Source of the DNA: Alphaproteobacteria bacterium
Lineage (GTDB): Bacteria > Pseudomonadota > Alphaproteobacteria > Bin95
Length of the DNA: 64,000 nucleotides
Assembly (NCBI GenBank): GCA_964291285.2
Contig: OZ219785.1
Coordinates: 352,001 to 416,000 of the forward strand
Reading direction: 5' to 3'
The notes under the pieces: model-generated
Told to the model about the DNA's origin: nothing
Database searches by the model: none
The model's input: the letters and a program-made list of their open reading frames with translations, nothing else
Part shown: positions 1 to 9,688 of the stretch, piece after piece
How positions within the stretch are numbered: the stretch's first letter is position 1
How the letters are laid out: every line of letters starts with the position of its first letter
Made by a program: the position numbers and the translations under genes

Positions 1-175
1 TGCCGTCGGCGAACTCCACCATCTCGCCCGCCTGCACGCGGTCGAGGCCGTAGACCCGCGCCACGCCGTCGCCGACGGACAGCACCGTGCCGACTTCGGC
101 GACATCGGCTTCGTCGCCGAAATTGGCGATCTCGTTCTTGAGGATCGCGGAGATTTCGGAGGCGTCGATATTCAT
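1..175 (-). CDS. atpA: F0F1 ATP synthase subunit alpha, 5' part (runs off window)
   Basis: Manual translation [44 protein letters not shown]; directly downstream of atpH. Confidence 0.95.
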   Translation of the reverse strand, partial: MNIDASEISAILKNEIANFGDEADVAEVGTVLSVGDGVARVYGLDRVQAGEMVEFADG

Positions 176-181
176 GTCCCC

Positions 182-739
182 TCAAGCTCCTTTCATGGAG
201 AGTTCGAGCCGGCGCAGCCGGGAGCCGAGCGAGCTGTCGAAAAGCCGCGAACCGAGCCTGACGACCAGTCCGCCGAGAATGTCGGGATCGACCCTGAGGT
301 CGATGGAAACCCTGCCGCCCGCGACGGCGCCGAGCGCCGATTCCAGCGAGCGGAGCTGTGCGTCGTCGAGCGCGTGCGCCACGGTGACTTCGGCCGTCAC
401 CTCGCCCCGGCGCGCGGCCAGCACGGCGAGGAACCGCTCGGCGATGGCCTGGAGCGCGAACAGCCGGCCGTGGCGCGCGACGACGCCGATGAAATTGCGG
501 GTGAGGTCCGAGAAGCCGGCCCGCTCCGCCACGGCCTGCATGGCGCGCGCGCGGTCCTCGCGGGCGATCAGCGGCGAGCGCGCGACATGAGTGAGCTCCG
601 GGCTTCCCTCCAGCAGCGCCTTCAGCGCCTCCAGGTCTTCCGCGACCCGGTCGAGCGCCTTGTTTTCCTCGGCCAGTTCCAGCAGGGCGGTCGCATAGCG
701 CCCGGCGAGTGCGGAAACGGGTCCTGCCTGAGAAGCCAC
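182..739 (-). CDS. atpH: F0F1 ATP synthase subunit delta
   Basis: GTG start at 739; AGRYATALLELA...ILGGLVVRLGSRLFDSSL OSCP/delta motifs. Confidence 0.93.
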   Translation of the reverse strand: MASQAGPVSALAGRYATALLELAEENKALDRVAEDLEALKALLEGSPELTHVARSPLIAREDRARAMQAVAERAGFSDLTRNFIGVVARHGRLFALQAIAERFLAVLAARRGEVTAEVTVAHALDDAQLRSLESALGAVAGGRVSIDLRVDPDILGGLVVRLGSRLFDSSLGSRLRRLELSMKGA

Positions 740-977
740 GAGATGATGTCCCCGAAATGCGTGCCGCTTCCGATCCGCCGCCGGACCGGGCGCAACGGGC
801 GCGGGCCCGGGAGCGCCGCGCGGGCCTCCTGCTATCACAGCGCCCGCCGGAGCCGCAACCGAACCCCCCGCGACATATTGGCAAGGCGGCGCGAATATGG
901 TGTCTATGTGGTGTTGAATTCGGACGCTGCCGGCCTTACCTTGCGCGCACCGGATCGAACCCCGGAAGGAGGCCGCG

Positions 978-1244
978 ATGGAAGTCGCCATACGCGAGGC
1001 GAAAGCCCGCCTCTCCGAACTGGTTGCCGCCGCCGGGAACGGCGAGCGCGTCGTCATCACGAAGCACGGGCGCCCGGCGGCCGAACTGGTCGCCTGCAAG
1101 CCGCGCGGCGGCATCGATTTCGACAAGCTGGACAAGATACGGGAACGCCTCGGCATCGTCGGGGACGGGGAGCCCTGGCCGGAAAAATGGAACGACCCCG
1201 CCTTCAGCCGGCAGGTGCTGGGGCTGGAGGACGAGGACGGGTAA
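978..1244 (+). CDS. Type II TA antitoxin, Phd/YefM family
   Basis: IREAKARLSELV...GERVVITKHGRPAAELV; AGGAGG RBS; upstream of PIN gene. Confidence 0.9.
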   Translation: MEVAIREAKARLSELVAAAGNGERVVITKHGRPAAELVACKPRGGIDFDKLDKIRERLGIVGDGEPWPEKWNDPAFSRQVLGLEDEDG

Positions 1245-1248
1245 CGGG

Positions 1249-1656
1249 GTGCGGATTCTCCTCGACACCCACTGGCTCTACGATTTCATGGAGGCTCCGG
1301 GGAAACTGCCGGCAACCGCGCGGCGATTTCTGGTCGACCGGAATACGCAGCTGTTTTCGAGCGCCGTATCCATCTGGGAAATGCGGCTCAAGTTCCATGC
1401 CCGCCACCGGGACGGCGCGCGCAAGCGCCGCTTCGACCCGAACGACGTGCTGGCGGCGCTGGAGGACCTGGCCATCCCGGTGCTCGCCATGACCCCGGCC
1501 CACGCCGCGCGGCCGCTCGAAACGCCGCTTCCCCACCGCGACCCGTTCGACGAACTGCTGCTCGTCCAGGCCCAGGAGGAAAGCCTCAGGCTGCTGACCC
1601 GCGACCGGCTTCTCCTCGCCCACCCGCTGGCGGTTTCGGCAGGCGCGGCTGCATAG
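1249..1656 (+). CDS. Type II TA toxin, VapC/PIN family
   Basis: GTG start; RILLDTH...SAVSIWE...HRDPFD...LLTRD PIN acidic motifs. Confidence 0.9.
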   Translation: MRILLDTHWLYDFMEAPGKLPATARRFLVDRNTQLFSSAVSIWEMRLKFHARHRDGARKRRFDPNDVLAALEDLAIPVLAMTPAHAARPLETPLPHRDPFDELLLVQAQEESLRLLTRDRLLLAHPLAVSAGAAA

Positions 1657-1671
1657 CGTAGCGCGGGCCCC

Positions 1672-3834
1672 TCACATGAAGCTGTAGGGGTCCACGTCGA
1701 TCTGGAGGGAGACGCTGGCGGGCAGGCGGACGGAGCCGAGCCAGGCGCGCAGCACGGGTTGCACCACCCGCTCGCGCGGGGCCTTGAGCAGGAGGCGCCA
1801 GCGGTGGCGGCCGCGGAGCAGGGAGAGCGGCGCGGGCGCGGGGCCGAGCACGTCCGCCTCCCCGCCCTGGGGCGCGGCGCGGGCGAGCGCGCGGGCGGCC
1901 GCCTCCACAGCCGTCGCGTCCCGCGAGGCCAGCACCAGCGCCGCCAGCCTGCCGTAAGGCGGCATGCCGGCCGCGCGGCGGCCCTCCCGCTCGGCCTCGA
2001 GGAACGCCTGCCGGTCGCCCGAGGCCAGCGCCTGCATCACCGGGTTCTCCGGCTGCCAGGTCTGCACCAGCACGCGCCCCGGCCGCTCCGCCCGCCCGGC
2101 GCGGCCGGCGACCTGGGTCAGCAATTGGTGGGTGCGCTCGGAGGCGCGCAGGTCGCCGCCGGCAAGGCCGAGATCGCCGTCCACCACGCCGACGGCCGTC
2201 AGCCAGGGGAAATGGTGCCCCTTGGCGGCAAGCTGCGTGCCGATGATGAGGTCGATCTCGCGCGCCTCCACCTTCTCCACGAATTCCGCGGCGGCGCGCG
2301 GCCCGCGCACGCTGTCGCTCGAAAACACGCCGAGCCGCGCCTCTGGGAAGAGCGCCGCCGCCTCCTCGGCGATGCGTTCCACGCCGGGCCCGCAGGCAAT
2401 GAGGCTGTCCTCCGCCCCGCAGGCCGGGCACTCTGCGGGCGGCGGGCCGGCATAGCCGCAATGGTGGCATTGCAGCCGCCCGGCCAGCCTGTGCTCCACC
2501 AGCCAGGCGCTGCAATGGGGGCACTCGATCCGGTGCCCGCAGGCGCGGCAGAGCGTGAGCGGCGCATAGCCCCGCCGGTTGAGGAACAGCAGCGCCTGCT
2601 CGCCGGCATCGAGGGCTGCGCGGAGCGCCGACTCCAGGGGCGCGGCGAGCCACTGCCCGCGCGGCGGCGGGCTCCGGCGCAGGTCGATCAGCGACACTTC
2701 CGGCAGGGCCGCCCGCCTGTAGCGCTCCGCCAGCCTGAGCCGCCGGTATCGCCCGGCGCGGACGTTCTCCTCGCTTTCGAGCGACGGCGTGGCCGAGGCG
2801 AGCACGACCGGCACATCCTCCAGCCGGGCGCGCAGCACGGCCATGTCGCGCGCGTGGTAGGCGACCCCGTCCTCCTGCTTGAAGGCCGGCTCGTGCTCCT
2901 CGTCCACCACGATGGCGCCGAGTTCGGGGAAGGGCAGGAAGAGGGCCGAGCGCGCGCCGACGACCACCCGCGTCCCGCCCTCCGCAACCGCCCGCCAGCC
3001 GGTGCGCCGCTCGCCGGCCGGCAGGTCCGAATGCCAGGCGAGCGGCCGTGCGCCGAACCGCGCCTCGAAGCGCTGCATCCACTGGGCCGTCAGCGCGATC
3101 TCCGGCAGCAGGATGAGCGCCTGCCGGCCCCGCCGGAGCGCGGCCGCGACCGCCTCGAAATAGACCTCCGTCTTGCCCGCCCCGGCGACGCCTTCGAGCA
3201 GCGACACGGAGAAGCCGGCGCCGCCGAGTTCCGCCGCCGCCGCCGCCTGCTCTCCCGTCAGCGCGACGCGCCCGCTGTCCGGGTCGGGCGCAGTGAAGTC
3301 CGGCCCCGGCGGCAGCGCGACCGGCTCGACCGCACCCAGCGCCGCGAGGCCCTTGAGGACGCCCGGCCCGACACCCGTCCTGCGCGCGATTTCGGCCGCG
3401 GTCAGCGCGCCGCCGCCCGCCAGCGCCTCCAGCACGAGCCGGCGCTGGGGCGTCGCGCGCATGGCCGGCGGCGGGATATCGGCCGGCCGCCAGGCGCGGC
3501 GCGGCCTCGGAGGCTCCAGCGCGGCCGGCACGCTCAGCGCCATGCGCAGCACCGAGCCCGGCGGCGAGAGCGTGTAGTTCGCGACCCGCGCGACGAAGCG
3601 GCGGAGCGCGGGTCGCATCGGCGGAATGTCGAAGCGCCGCGCCACGGGCTTCAGGCGCTCCGGCGCGACGCCGCCCGGCCCGTCGTCCCAGACGACGCCG
3701 CGCACAAGGCGCCGTCCGAGCGGCACTTCCACAATGTCGCCGGGCGCGAGCGCCTCGCCGAGATAGTCGTAGGGACCCGGCAGCGGCAGCGGCAGCAGGA
3801 CCGGCACGGTTGTGGCGCGGTTCGGGGCGGACAT
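1672..3834 (-). CDS. priA: Primosomal protein N'
   Basis: [11 protein letters not shown] Walker [15 protein letters not shown], two CxxC-CxxC Zn clusters, IDVDP C-terminus. Confidence 0.95.
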   Translation of the reverse strand: MSAPNRATTVPVLLPLPLPGPYDYLGEALAPGDIVEVPLGRRLVRGVVWDDGPGGVAPERLKPVARRFDIPPMRPALRRFVARVANYTLSPPGSVLRMALSVPAALEPPRPRRAWRPADIPPPAMRATPQRRLVLEALAGGGALTAAEIARRTGVGPGVLKGLAALGAVEPVALPPGPDFTAPDPDSGRVALTGEQAAAAAELGGAGFSVSLLEGVAGAGKTEVYFEAVAAALRRGRQALILLPEIALTAQWMQRFEARFGARPLAWHSDLPAGERRTGWRAVAEGGTRVVVGARSALFLPFPELGAIVVDEEHEPAFKQEDGVAYHARDMAVLRARLEDVPVVLASATPSLESEENVRAGRYRRLRLAERYRRAALPEVSLIDLRRSPPPRGQWLAAPLESALRAALDAGEQALLFLNRRGYAPLTLCRACGHRIECPHCSAWLVEHRLAGRLQCHHCGYAGPPPAECPACGAEDSLIACGPGVERIAEEAAALFPEARLGVFSSDSVRGPRAAAEFVEKVEAREIDLIIGTQLAAKGHHFPWLTAVGVVDGDLGLAGGDLRASERTHQLLTQVAGRAGRAERPGRVLVQTWQPENPVMQALASGDRQAFLEAEREGRRAAGMPPYGRLAALVLASRDATAVEAAARALARAAPQGGEADVLGPAPAPLSLLRGRHRWRLLLKAPRERVVQPVLRAWLGSVRLPASVSLQIDVDPYSFM

Positions 3835-3879
3835 GTATAGAGTCATAACCGTTTGCAGCGACGATAAGGGCGGGTTGCC

Positions 3880-4557
3880 ATGAAATTCTTTGTCGATACC
3901 GCCGATCTGGCGGAAATCCGCGACATGGCCGGGGCGGGCATGGTCGACGGCGTCACCACCAACCCCTCGCTGATCGCGAAAAGCGGCCGCCCGCTGCTGG
4001 AGGCGATCGCCGACATCTGTGCCCTTGTGGACGGGCCGGTGAGCGCGGAGGTCACCGCGACCGACCACGACACCATGCTGGCGGAGGGCCGGCGGCTCGC
4101 CGCCATCGCGCCCAATGTGGCGGTCAAGGTGCCGCTCACCGTGGACGGGCTGCGCACCTGCAGGGCGCTTGCCGACGAGGGCGTGACGGTCAATGTCACC
4201 CTCTGCTTCTCGCCCCAGCAGGCCCTGCTGGCGGCGCGGGCGGGCGCGGGCTTCATCTCCCCCTTCGTCGGGCGCCTCGACGATCTCGGCCAGGACGGCA
4301 TCGGGCTCGTGCGCGACATCTGCGAGATCTACCGCGCCTATGACGGCATCGGCACCGAGGTGCTCGCGGCGTCGGTCCGCGGCCCCCTGCATGTGGTCGA
4401 GGCGGCCCGTTGCGGCGCCCATGCGGCCACGGTGCCGCCGCAGACCCTGCGCCAGCTCTACCGCCATCCGCTGACGGATGCGGGGCTCGAAGCCTTCCTC
4501 GCGGACTGGCGCAAGACCGGCCAGTCGATCCTCGGCCTGCCCGAGGCCGCGGACTAG
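3880..4557 (+). CDS. fsa: Transaldolase / fructose-6-phosphate aldolase
   Basis: [36 protein letters not shown]. Confidence 0.92.
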   Translation: MKFFVDTADLAEIRDMAGAGMVDGVTTNPSLIAKSGRPLLEAIADICALVDGPVSAEVTATDHDTMLAEGRRLAAIAPNVAVKVPLTVDGLRTCRALADEGVTVNVTLCFSPQQALLAARAGAGFISPFVGRLDDLGQDGIGLVRDICEIYRAYDGIGTEVLAASVRGPLHVVEAARCGAHAATVPPQTLRQLYRHPLTDAGLEAFLADWRKTGQSILGLPEAAD

Positions 4558-4576
4558 CCCGCCCGTGCCCGAACCC

Positions 4577-5245
4577 ATGTCGGACGAGGTCGCCGAATAT
4601 CTCCGGCGCAATCCGGATTTCCTGCGCCGTCATCCCGACCTGCTGACGGTGCTGTCCCCGCCGGGGCGCGACGAGGGCGGCGTGGTGGACCTCCAGCGCG
4701 TCATGGTCGAGCGCGAGCGGCAGAACAACAGCGAACTGCGCGAGGCGTTGCAGGAATTGCTCGAAATCGGGGCGAGCAACCAGTCCGGCATGTCGCGGGT
4801 CCACGATGCGGCGCTCCGCGCGGCGGGCCGGCGGCGGTTCGCGGAGCTTGCCGCCATCGTCGCCGGCGCATGGCCGGATATCCTCGGATGCGACGGGGCG
4901 GCGCTTGCCTTCGAGACGCGCGCCGAGGCGCTGCCGGCCGCGCCGGGTTTCGCGGCGCTCGCGCCGCGCCGGGTGGACACGCTGGTCGGCGAAGGCGATG
5001 CCCGGCTCGAGGGCGGGCTGAAGGGAGGCCCCGCGGACCTCTTCGGCGCGGAGGCGAAAGCGGTGGCGAGCATGGCCCTGCTGCGCCTCGATACCGGGCC
5101 GCGCGGCCCGGCCGGCCTGCTCGCGCTCTCTTCGCGGGACCCGGAGCATTTCCAGACCGGGCAGGGAACCGAATTGCTGGCCTTCCTCGCGCGCATGGTC
5201 TCGGCGCAACTGCCGGCGCTGATCGACCCGCCCGAAGCGCTATGA
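4577..5245 (+). CDS. DUF484 family protein
   Basis: [12 protein letters not shown]...[14 protein letters not shown]; canonical position upstream of xerC. Confidence 0.85.
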   Translation: MSDEVAEYLRRNPDFLRRHPDLLTVLSPPGRDEGGVVDLQRVMVERERQNNSELREALQELLEIGASNQSGMSRVHDAALRAAGRRRFAELAAIVAGAWPDILGCDGAALAFETRAEALPAAPGFAALAPRRVDTLVGEGDARLEGGLKGGPADLFGAEAKAVASMALLRLDTGPRGPAGLLALSSRDPEHFQTGQGTELLAFLARMVSAQLPALIDPPEAL

Positions 5246-6144
5246 CGCCGGAGACCGCCAGGCTGCTGGAAGACTGGCGCGGCTGGCTCGCGCATGAGCG
5301 CGGCTTCTCGAGGCACACCGTCTCCGGCTACCGGCGGGACGCGGCCGATTTCGTGGCGTTTCTCGAAGGCTATACCAGCGAACCCGTCTCGCCTGCGGGC
5401 CTGACGAAGATCGAGCCGCGCGACATCCGCGCCTGGCTCGCCGAGCGCGCGCGCGGCGGCATGGGCGCCTCCTCGCGCGCCCGCGGCCTCTCGGCGCTGC
5501 GCAGCTGGCTGCGCTGGCTGGCGCGCCGGGGCGTCGGCGATGCGGCGGCGCTTACCGGCATCCGCACGCCGAAACTGCCGCGCCCGGTGCCCAAGGCGCT
5601 CGCGCGCGACGAGACCGACCGCCTGCTCGCCGCGCCCGGCGAGGAATGGCAGGACCGCCGCGACCTGGCGCTGTTCTCCCTGCTTTACGGCGCCGGGCTC
5701 AGGATCGGCGAGGCGCTCGCGCTCGACGGGCGCGCCTTCGAGGCCGGGGACACGCTGCGCGTCATCGGCAAGGGGCGGAAGGAGCGGGTGGTGCCGCTGC
5801 TGGCGGCGGTCCGCGAGGCGGCGTCCGCCTATCGCAGGACCTGCCCGTTTCCGCTGCTGGCGGAGGGGCCGTTCTTCCTCGGCGCGCGCGGCGGGCGCCT
5901 GCAGGCCGGCGTCGCGCAACTCCGGCTCCGGCGCCTGCGCGCCCGGCTGGACCTGCCCGAAACCGCGACGCCGCACGCGCTCCGCCACAGCTTCGCGACC
6001 CACCTGCTGGGCGCCGGCGCGGACCTCAGGACCATCCAGGAATTGCTGGGGCACGCCTCGCTCGCCACGACGCAACGCTACACATCCGTCGATGTCGCCC
6101 ATCTGGAAAGGGTGTTCCGCGCCGCCCATCCGAGAGCGAGATGA
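5242..6144 (+). CDS. xerC: Tyrosine recombinase XerC
   Basis: YGAGLRIGE, GKGRKER, TPHALRHSFATHLL, LLGHASLATTQRYT; ATGA overlap with DUF484. Confidence 0.92.
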   Translation: MTPETARLLEDWRGWLAHERGFSRHTVSGYRRDAADFVAFLEGYTSEPVSPAGLTKIEPRDIRAWLAERARGGMGASSRARGLSALRSWLRWLARRGVGDAAALTGIRTPKLPRPVPKALARDETDRLLAAPGEEWQDRRDLALFSLLYGAGLRIGEALALDGRAFEAGDTLRVIGKGRKERVVPLLAAVREAASAYRRTCPFPLLAEGPFFLGARGGRLQAGVAQLRLRRLRARLDLPETATPHALRHSFATHLLGAGADLRTIQELLGHASLATTQRYTSVDVAHLERVFRAAHPRAR

Positions 6145-6206
6145 GCATTGGCAAGCAGCTCCTTCTGTTATAGTCCCGCGATTCGACGCTGCCGGAGCGC
6201 CATGCC

Positions 6207-6974
6207 GTGACGATGCCCCTGGTCGGAATTTCGGCCTGTACCAAGACCTTCCACACCTTCCCGGTGCATTCGGTCCATTCCCGTTTCGCCGAGGTCGTGG
6301 TGGAGGTCGTGGGGGCCGCGCCGCTGCTCGTCCCGCCGGTCGGCGAGCATATCGACATTCCGGACCTCGTGTCGCGTTTCGACGGCATCATCACCACCGG
6401 CAGCCCCTCCAATATCCAGCCGCATCTCTACGGCCAGGACACCGATCCCGAGAACACGAATTTCGATCCGGGCCGGGACGCCACCACGCTCCCCATGCTT
6501 CGCGAGGCGGCGCTTCAGGGCGTGCCCGTGCTCGCCATCTGCCGGGGCATCCAGGAGCTGAATGTCGCCTTCGGCGGCACGCTCCACCAGTTCGTCCACA
6601 AGGTGCCGGGCTGCCAGGACCACCGTTCGGTGAAGACCCGCCCGGTGCGCGGGCGGGCCGGGCTCCGCCATGCCGTGACCCTGGCGGAAGGTGGGCTTCT
6701 GCGCCGCATCGCCGGGGGCCGCAGCTTCGAGATGGTGAACTCGCTCCATGCCGAGGGGCTGGACCGGGTTGCCGACGGGTTCATGGTCGAGGCGCTTGCG
6801 CCCGACGGCGTGGTCGAGGCGATTTCGCGCCCGGCCGGCGCCTTCTGCCTCGGCGTCCAGTGGCACCCCGAAACGCTTTACCAGACCAACGCCTTCGCGC
6901 GCGCCATCTTCGCCGCCTTCGGGGATGCGGTGAAAGCCCGCATGATGGGCGCCGGCGCCATCCGGGCGGCATGA
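6207..6974 (+). CDS. Gamma-glutamyl-gamma-aminobutyrate hydrolase family (peptidase C26, PuuD-like)
   Basis: AICRGIQE, VNSLH, GVQWHPE class I glutamine amidotransferase triad. Confidence 0.88.
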   Translation: MTMPLVGISACTKTFHTFPVHSVHSRFAEVVVEVVGAAPLLVPPVGEHIDIPDLVSRFDGIITTGSPSNIQPHLYGQDTDPENTNFDPGRDATTLPMLREAALQGVPVLAICRGIQELNVAFGGTLHQFVHKVPGCQDHRSVKTRPVRGRAGLRHAVTLAEGGLLRRIAGGRSFEMVNSLHAEGLDRVADGFMVEALAPDGVVEAISRPAGAFCLGVQWHPETLYQTNAFARAIFAAFGDAVKARMMGAGAIRAA

Positions 6975-7906
6975 CGGCGGGGGCCGCCCGGCCGCCCTCG
7001 CTTCCCGAACCGTTCGCCGAAAGGCTGGTCGTCGCCGCCGATGACGGCCTTGAGCTCAGCCTCTACCGCCTGCGCGAAGGGAAGGATGGCGCGCCCGCCC
7101 TGCTCTGGGGCCACGCAAACGGCTTCCCGGCCGGCGGCTACGCGCCGCTGCTCCGCCTGCTGGCCCGCGACTTCCGCGTCTATGCCTACGATGCGCGCGG
7201 TCATGGCGGATCCGGCCTGCCCGACGGCGAGCCGGATTTCGACCGCTACGCCGCCGATCTCGATCTCGTCTGCCGGGCGGTCCAGGCGGATGCGGGCGGC
7301 GCGCCGCTCTTCTATGCCTCGCACAGCTTTTGCGGCGTGGCCGGCCTCAGGCTCGCCGGCGTGTTCGGACGCGAGCCGTGGGACGCCTTCACCGCGTTCG
7401 AGCCGCCGATATCCCCGCCCCTCGACCATCCGGCCAGGGACTTCTCGGTGGCGGCGTCGCTGGAACTGTCCGGCATGGCGCGCCGCCGCCGGCCGCGCTG
7501 GGCCGACCCGGAAACCTTCCGGCTGGCGCTCGCCGAACGGGACGCCTATCGCCGCTTCGACGCGGAAGCGCTTGCCGGCCACTGCCGGGGGTCCCTGCAC
7601 CCGACGGATGCGGGCGACTGGCAGCTTGCCTGTCCCGGGCCGCTCGAGGCGCATAACTACGAGGCGGCGCTCGACCCTTCGACCTATGAGGGGCTTGCCC
7701 GCATCGCCCGGCCGGTCACCTTCGTGGCGTCGGTGGACGGCGGCGCAACCGGCAATCCGAGCTGGGCGGCGACCGTGCAGGCCGATTGCGCCGAACGGGT
7801 GCCGAACGGACGGCTTGCGACATTTTCGCACGCCGGCCACCTGGTGCCGTTCGAGGACCCGCCGCGTTGCGCTGCGCAGATATGTCTTATGCTCGCTGAA
7901 GACTGA
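6971..7906 (+). CDS. Alpha/beta fold hydrolase
   Basis: HANGF, YDARGHGGS, SHSFCG nucleophile elbow, GHLVPFEDP; ATGA overlap with upstream gene. Confidence 0.82.
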   Translation: MTAGAARPPSLPEPFAERLVVAADDGLELSLYRLREGKDGAPALLWGHANGFPAGGYAPLLRLLARDFRVYAYDARGHGGSGLPDGEPDFDRYAADLDLVCRAVQADAGGAPLFYASHSFCGVAGLRLAGVFGREPWDAFTAFEPPISPPLDHPARDFSVAASLELSGMARRRRPRWADPETFRLALAERDAYRRFDAEALAGHCRGSLHPTDAGDWQLACPGPLEAHNYEAALDPSTYEGLARIARPVTFVASVDGGATGNPSWAATVQADCAERVPNGRLATFSHAGHLVPFEDPPRCAAQICLMLAED

Positions 7907-7935
7907 ATTTTTTCGGAAAATTTATACTATTGGAC

Positions 7936-7964
7936 TTGTCAGGCGCGACATTCCGTCCTATCTT
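7936..7964 (+). promoter_or_regulatory. Sigma70-type promoter driving candidate sRNA
   Basis: TTGTCA-17 nt-TATCTT (CTTG...CTATCT alphaproteobacterial style). Confidence 0.55.
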
Positions 7965-7966
7965 CT

Positions 7967-8076
7967 GGCGAAAGGCTGCACGCGGCTTTCTCGCCGCCTT
8001 GGGACTCCCCCTCTCGTCCCGCAGTCTTCGACGCCCTGAAGCGCCCGGTCTCCCCCCGACCGGGCGCTTCTCCTTT
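7967..8076 (+). ncRNA. Candidate three-hairpin sRNA with C/U-rich anti-SD loops
   Basis: Stems GAAAGGCTG/CGGCTTTC, GGGAC/GTCCC (loop TCCCCCTCTC), 13-bp GAAGCGCCCGGTC/GACCGGGCGCTTC (loop TCCCCCC) then a pyrimidine tail. Confidence 0.55.
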
Positions 8077-8108
8077 CCGCGGGGCAGGCGGAGCGGTAGG
8101 GTAACGCC

Positions 8109-8759
8109 ATGAGTGAGATTCTCGTCGTCAATCCCAACAGCACCGAGGCCGTGACGGAGGCCATCGACCGGGCGGCGGAGCCCTTCCGCGCCGCCGGCGG
8201 GCCGGAAATCCGGGCGGCGACCAACCGCGCCGGCCCGCCCGGCATCCAGAGCCAGGGCGACGCCGACGGGGTCGTGCCGCATTTGCGCGCGATCGCGGCC
8301 GACAGCGATGCGGACGCGCTTGTGCTCGCCTGCTTTTCGGACCCCGGCCTGCATGTGCTGCGCGAGGACACGGGCAAACCCGTGATCGGCATCGCGGAGG
8401 CCGGCCTGCTGACGGCGCTGACGCTCGGCGAGCGGGTGGGCGTGCTCGCCATCCTCGCGCGCTCGGTGCCGCGGCATTTGCGCTATGTCCGCCAGATGGG
8501 CCTCGATGCGCGCTTCGCCGGAGACCGGCCCGTGGACCTCGAAGTGGTCGAGCTCGCGGACCCGGTCCGCACCCGCGCCCGCCTGCTGGAGACCGGCCGC
8601 GAGCTGCGCGACCGCGACGGCGCCGATGTCCTGGTGCTGGGCTGCGCCGGCATGGCGGACCAGCGCCCGGCGCTCGCCCAGGCGCTCGGCATGCCGGTGG
8701 TCGAACCCGTCCAGGCCGCCATCGGCATGGCCGTCGCCTCCGTCATGCGGGGATGGTGA
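8109..8759 (+). CDS. Asp/Glu/hydantoin racemase family protein
   Basis: ILVVNPNST, LACFSDPG, VLGCAGM two-Cys motifs. Confidence 0.9.
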   Translation: MSEILVVNPNSTEAVTEAIDRAAEPFRAAGGPEIRAATNRAGPPGIQSQGDADGVVPHLRAIAADSDADALVLACFSDPGLHVLREDTGKPVIGIAEAGLLTALTLGERVGVLAILARSVPRHLRYVRQMGLDARFAGDRPVDLEVVELADPVRTRARLLETGRELRDRDGADVLVLGCAGMADQRPALAQALGMPVVEPVQAAIGMAVASVMRGW

Positions 8760-8884
8760 GATAATTCGCACGGCGCCCGCCGGTGCTGGCGCCCCTTCGG
8801 GCCCCCGTGAATCGCGAAGCCCGTCTTCGCCCGTTCGACGCCGCGACCGAACGGCAACGGGCGCGCCGGCCCGTTCGCATCTCC

Positions 8885-9495
8885 CATTTCCACGAAACAT
8901 GAAATATTTCCAATATTTTTGACTTCTGTTCGTGTTTTGATCTTGACATCTGGCGGATTGTGATATGATGGTCCCCAGGGAAGCGGACTCCGGAGCCGCG
9001 TCCCCGGGTGCCGCGCGGCCGAGCGACGCCGGTTTCTGAAAACCCGTGAGAAGCCGACGGGAGACGTGCGTCCTGCGTCTCGCGCGCGCAATCAGGCGCG
9101 CGAACCGCGCCGGCGCCGACACGCGCCCGGGCAGGCGCGGGCGCCCGCGCAGGATACGCGCGGAAAAGGGACCCCCTCCCCGTCGGAGAAGAGAGGAGAG
9201 ACGATGACCGCAACCGACCCCCAACTGGCCGCGATGCCGGCCGAAAAGCTGGCACCCGCCGCAGAGGCCCTTGCCAGCGCCTATGCGGAGGATAGGAGCG
9301 CAGCGCCGGCGGGTGGCAGCGCATGCTCCTCTTCCGCCCGGCGGGGGAGGAGGTCGAAGAGCGGAAAGCCCCATGCCCGAAACGGCTACAGCATATGAAC
9401 CCTGCGCATGCAGAACATGACATCTCATGACATATCGGAACACATGGCGAAGGAGGCCGGGCGCGCCTCATGACAAAACATGACATCCCATGACA
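8885..9495 (+). repeat. Dispersed element copy A (promoter, conserved leader 9059-9170, RBS + 64-aa ORF 9204-9398, CATGACA arrays)
   Basis: Shares GCGCAATCAGGCGCGCGA core and flanks with 23990-24110 and 37455-37577; CATGACA at 9416, 9426, 9469, 9479, 9489. Confidence 0.8.
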
Positions 9496-9579
9496 CGCAG
9501 GGGGTTCCTGCGACCGGGCGGCTTCGCGCGCGCCGCTTGCCAAACCGGGCCGGACGGAGTATCCCGCCGGCCTCGGCGA

Positions 9580-9654
9580 GACCCCATCGTCTAGAGGTTA
9601 GGACACCACCCTTTCAAGGTGGAGACACGGGTTCGATCCCCGTTGGGGTCACCA
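9580..9654 (+). tRNA. tRNA-Glu (anticodon TTC)
   Basis: GACCCCA/TGGGGTC acceptor stem, CCACC-CTTTCAA-GGTGG anticodon arm, GTTCGATC T-loop, encoded CCA; TTGCCA-17-TATCCC promoter upstream. Confidence 0.96.
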
Positions 9655-9688
9655 CGCGGCACACCCCTCGCCAGGAGGCGCAACCCCC

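Noticed and set aside
1759-3840. Long antisense and alternative-frame ORFs here and throughout (e.g. 41805-44042, 45573-47756)
   Set aside because: Shadow ORFs of high-GC DNA overlapping well-supported genes; no recognisable motifs
5242-6144. xerC as a mobile-element integrase
   Set aside because: Housekeeping DUF484-xerC context
9416-9495. CATGACA arrays as a CRISPR array
   Set aside because: 7-bp units with 3-bp spacers; no cas genes in the window
9580-9654. tRNA-Glu as attachment site for the integrases
   Set aside because: No duplicated tRNA 3' end noticed elsewhere in the window
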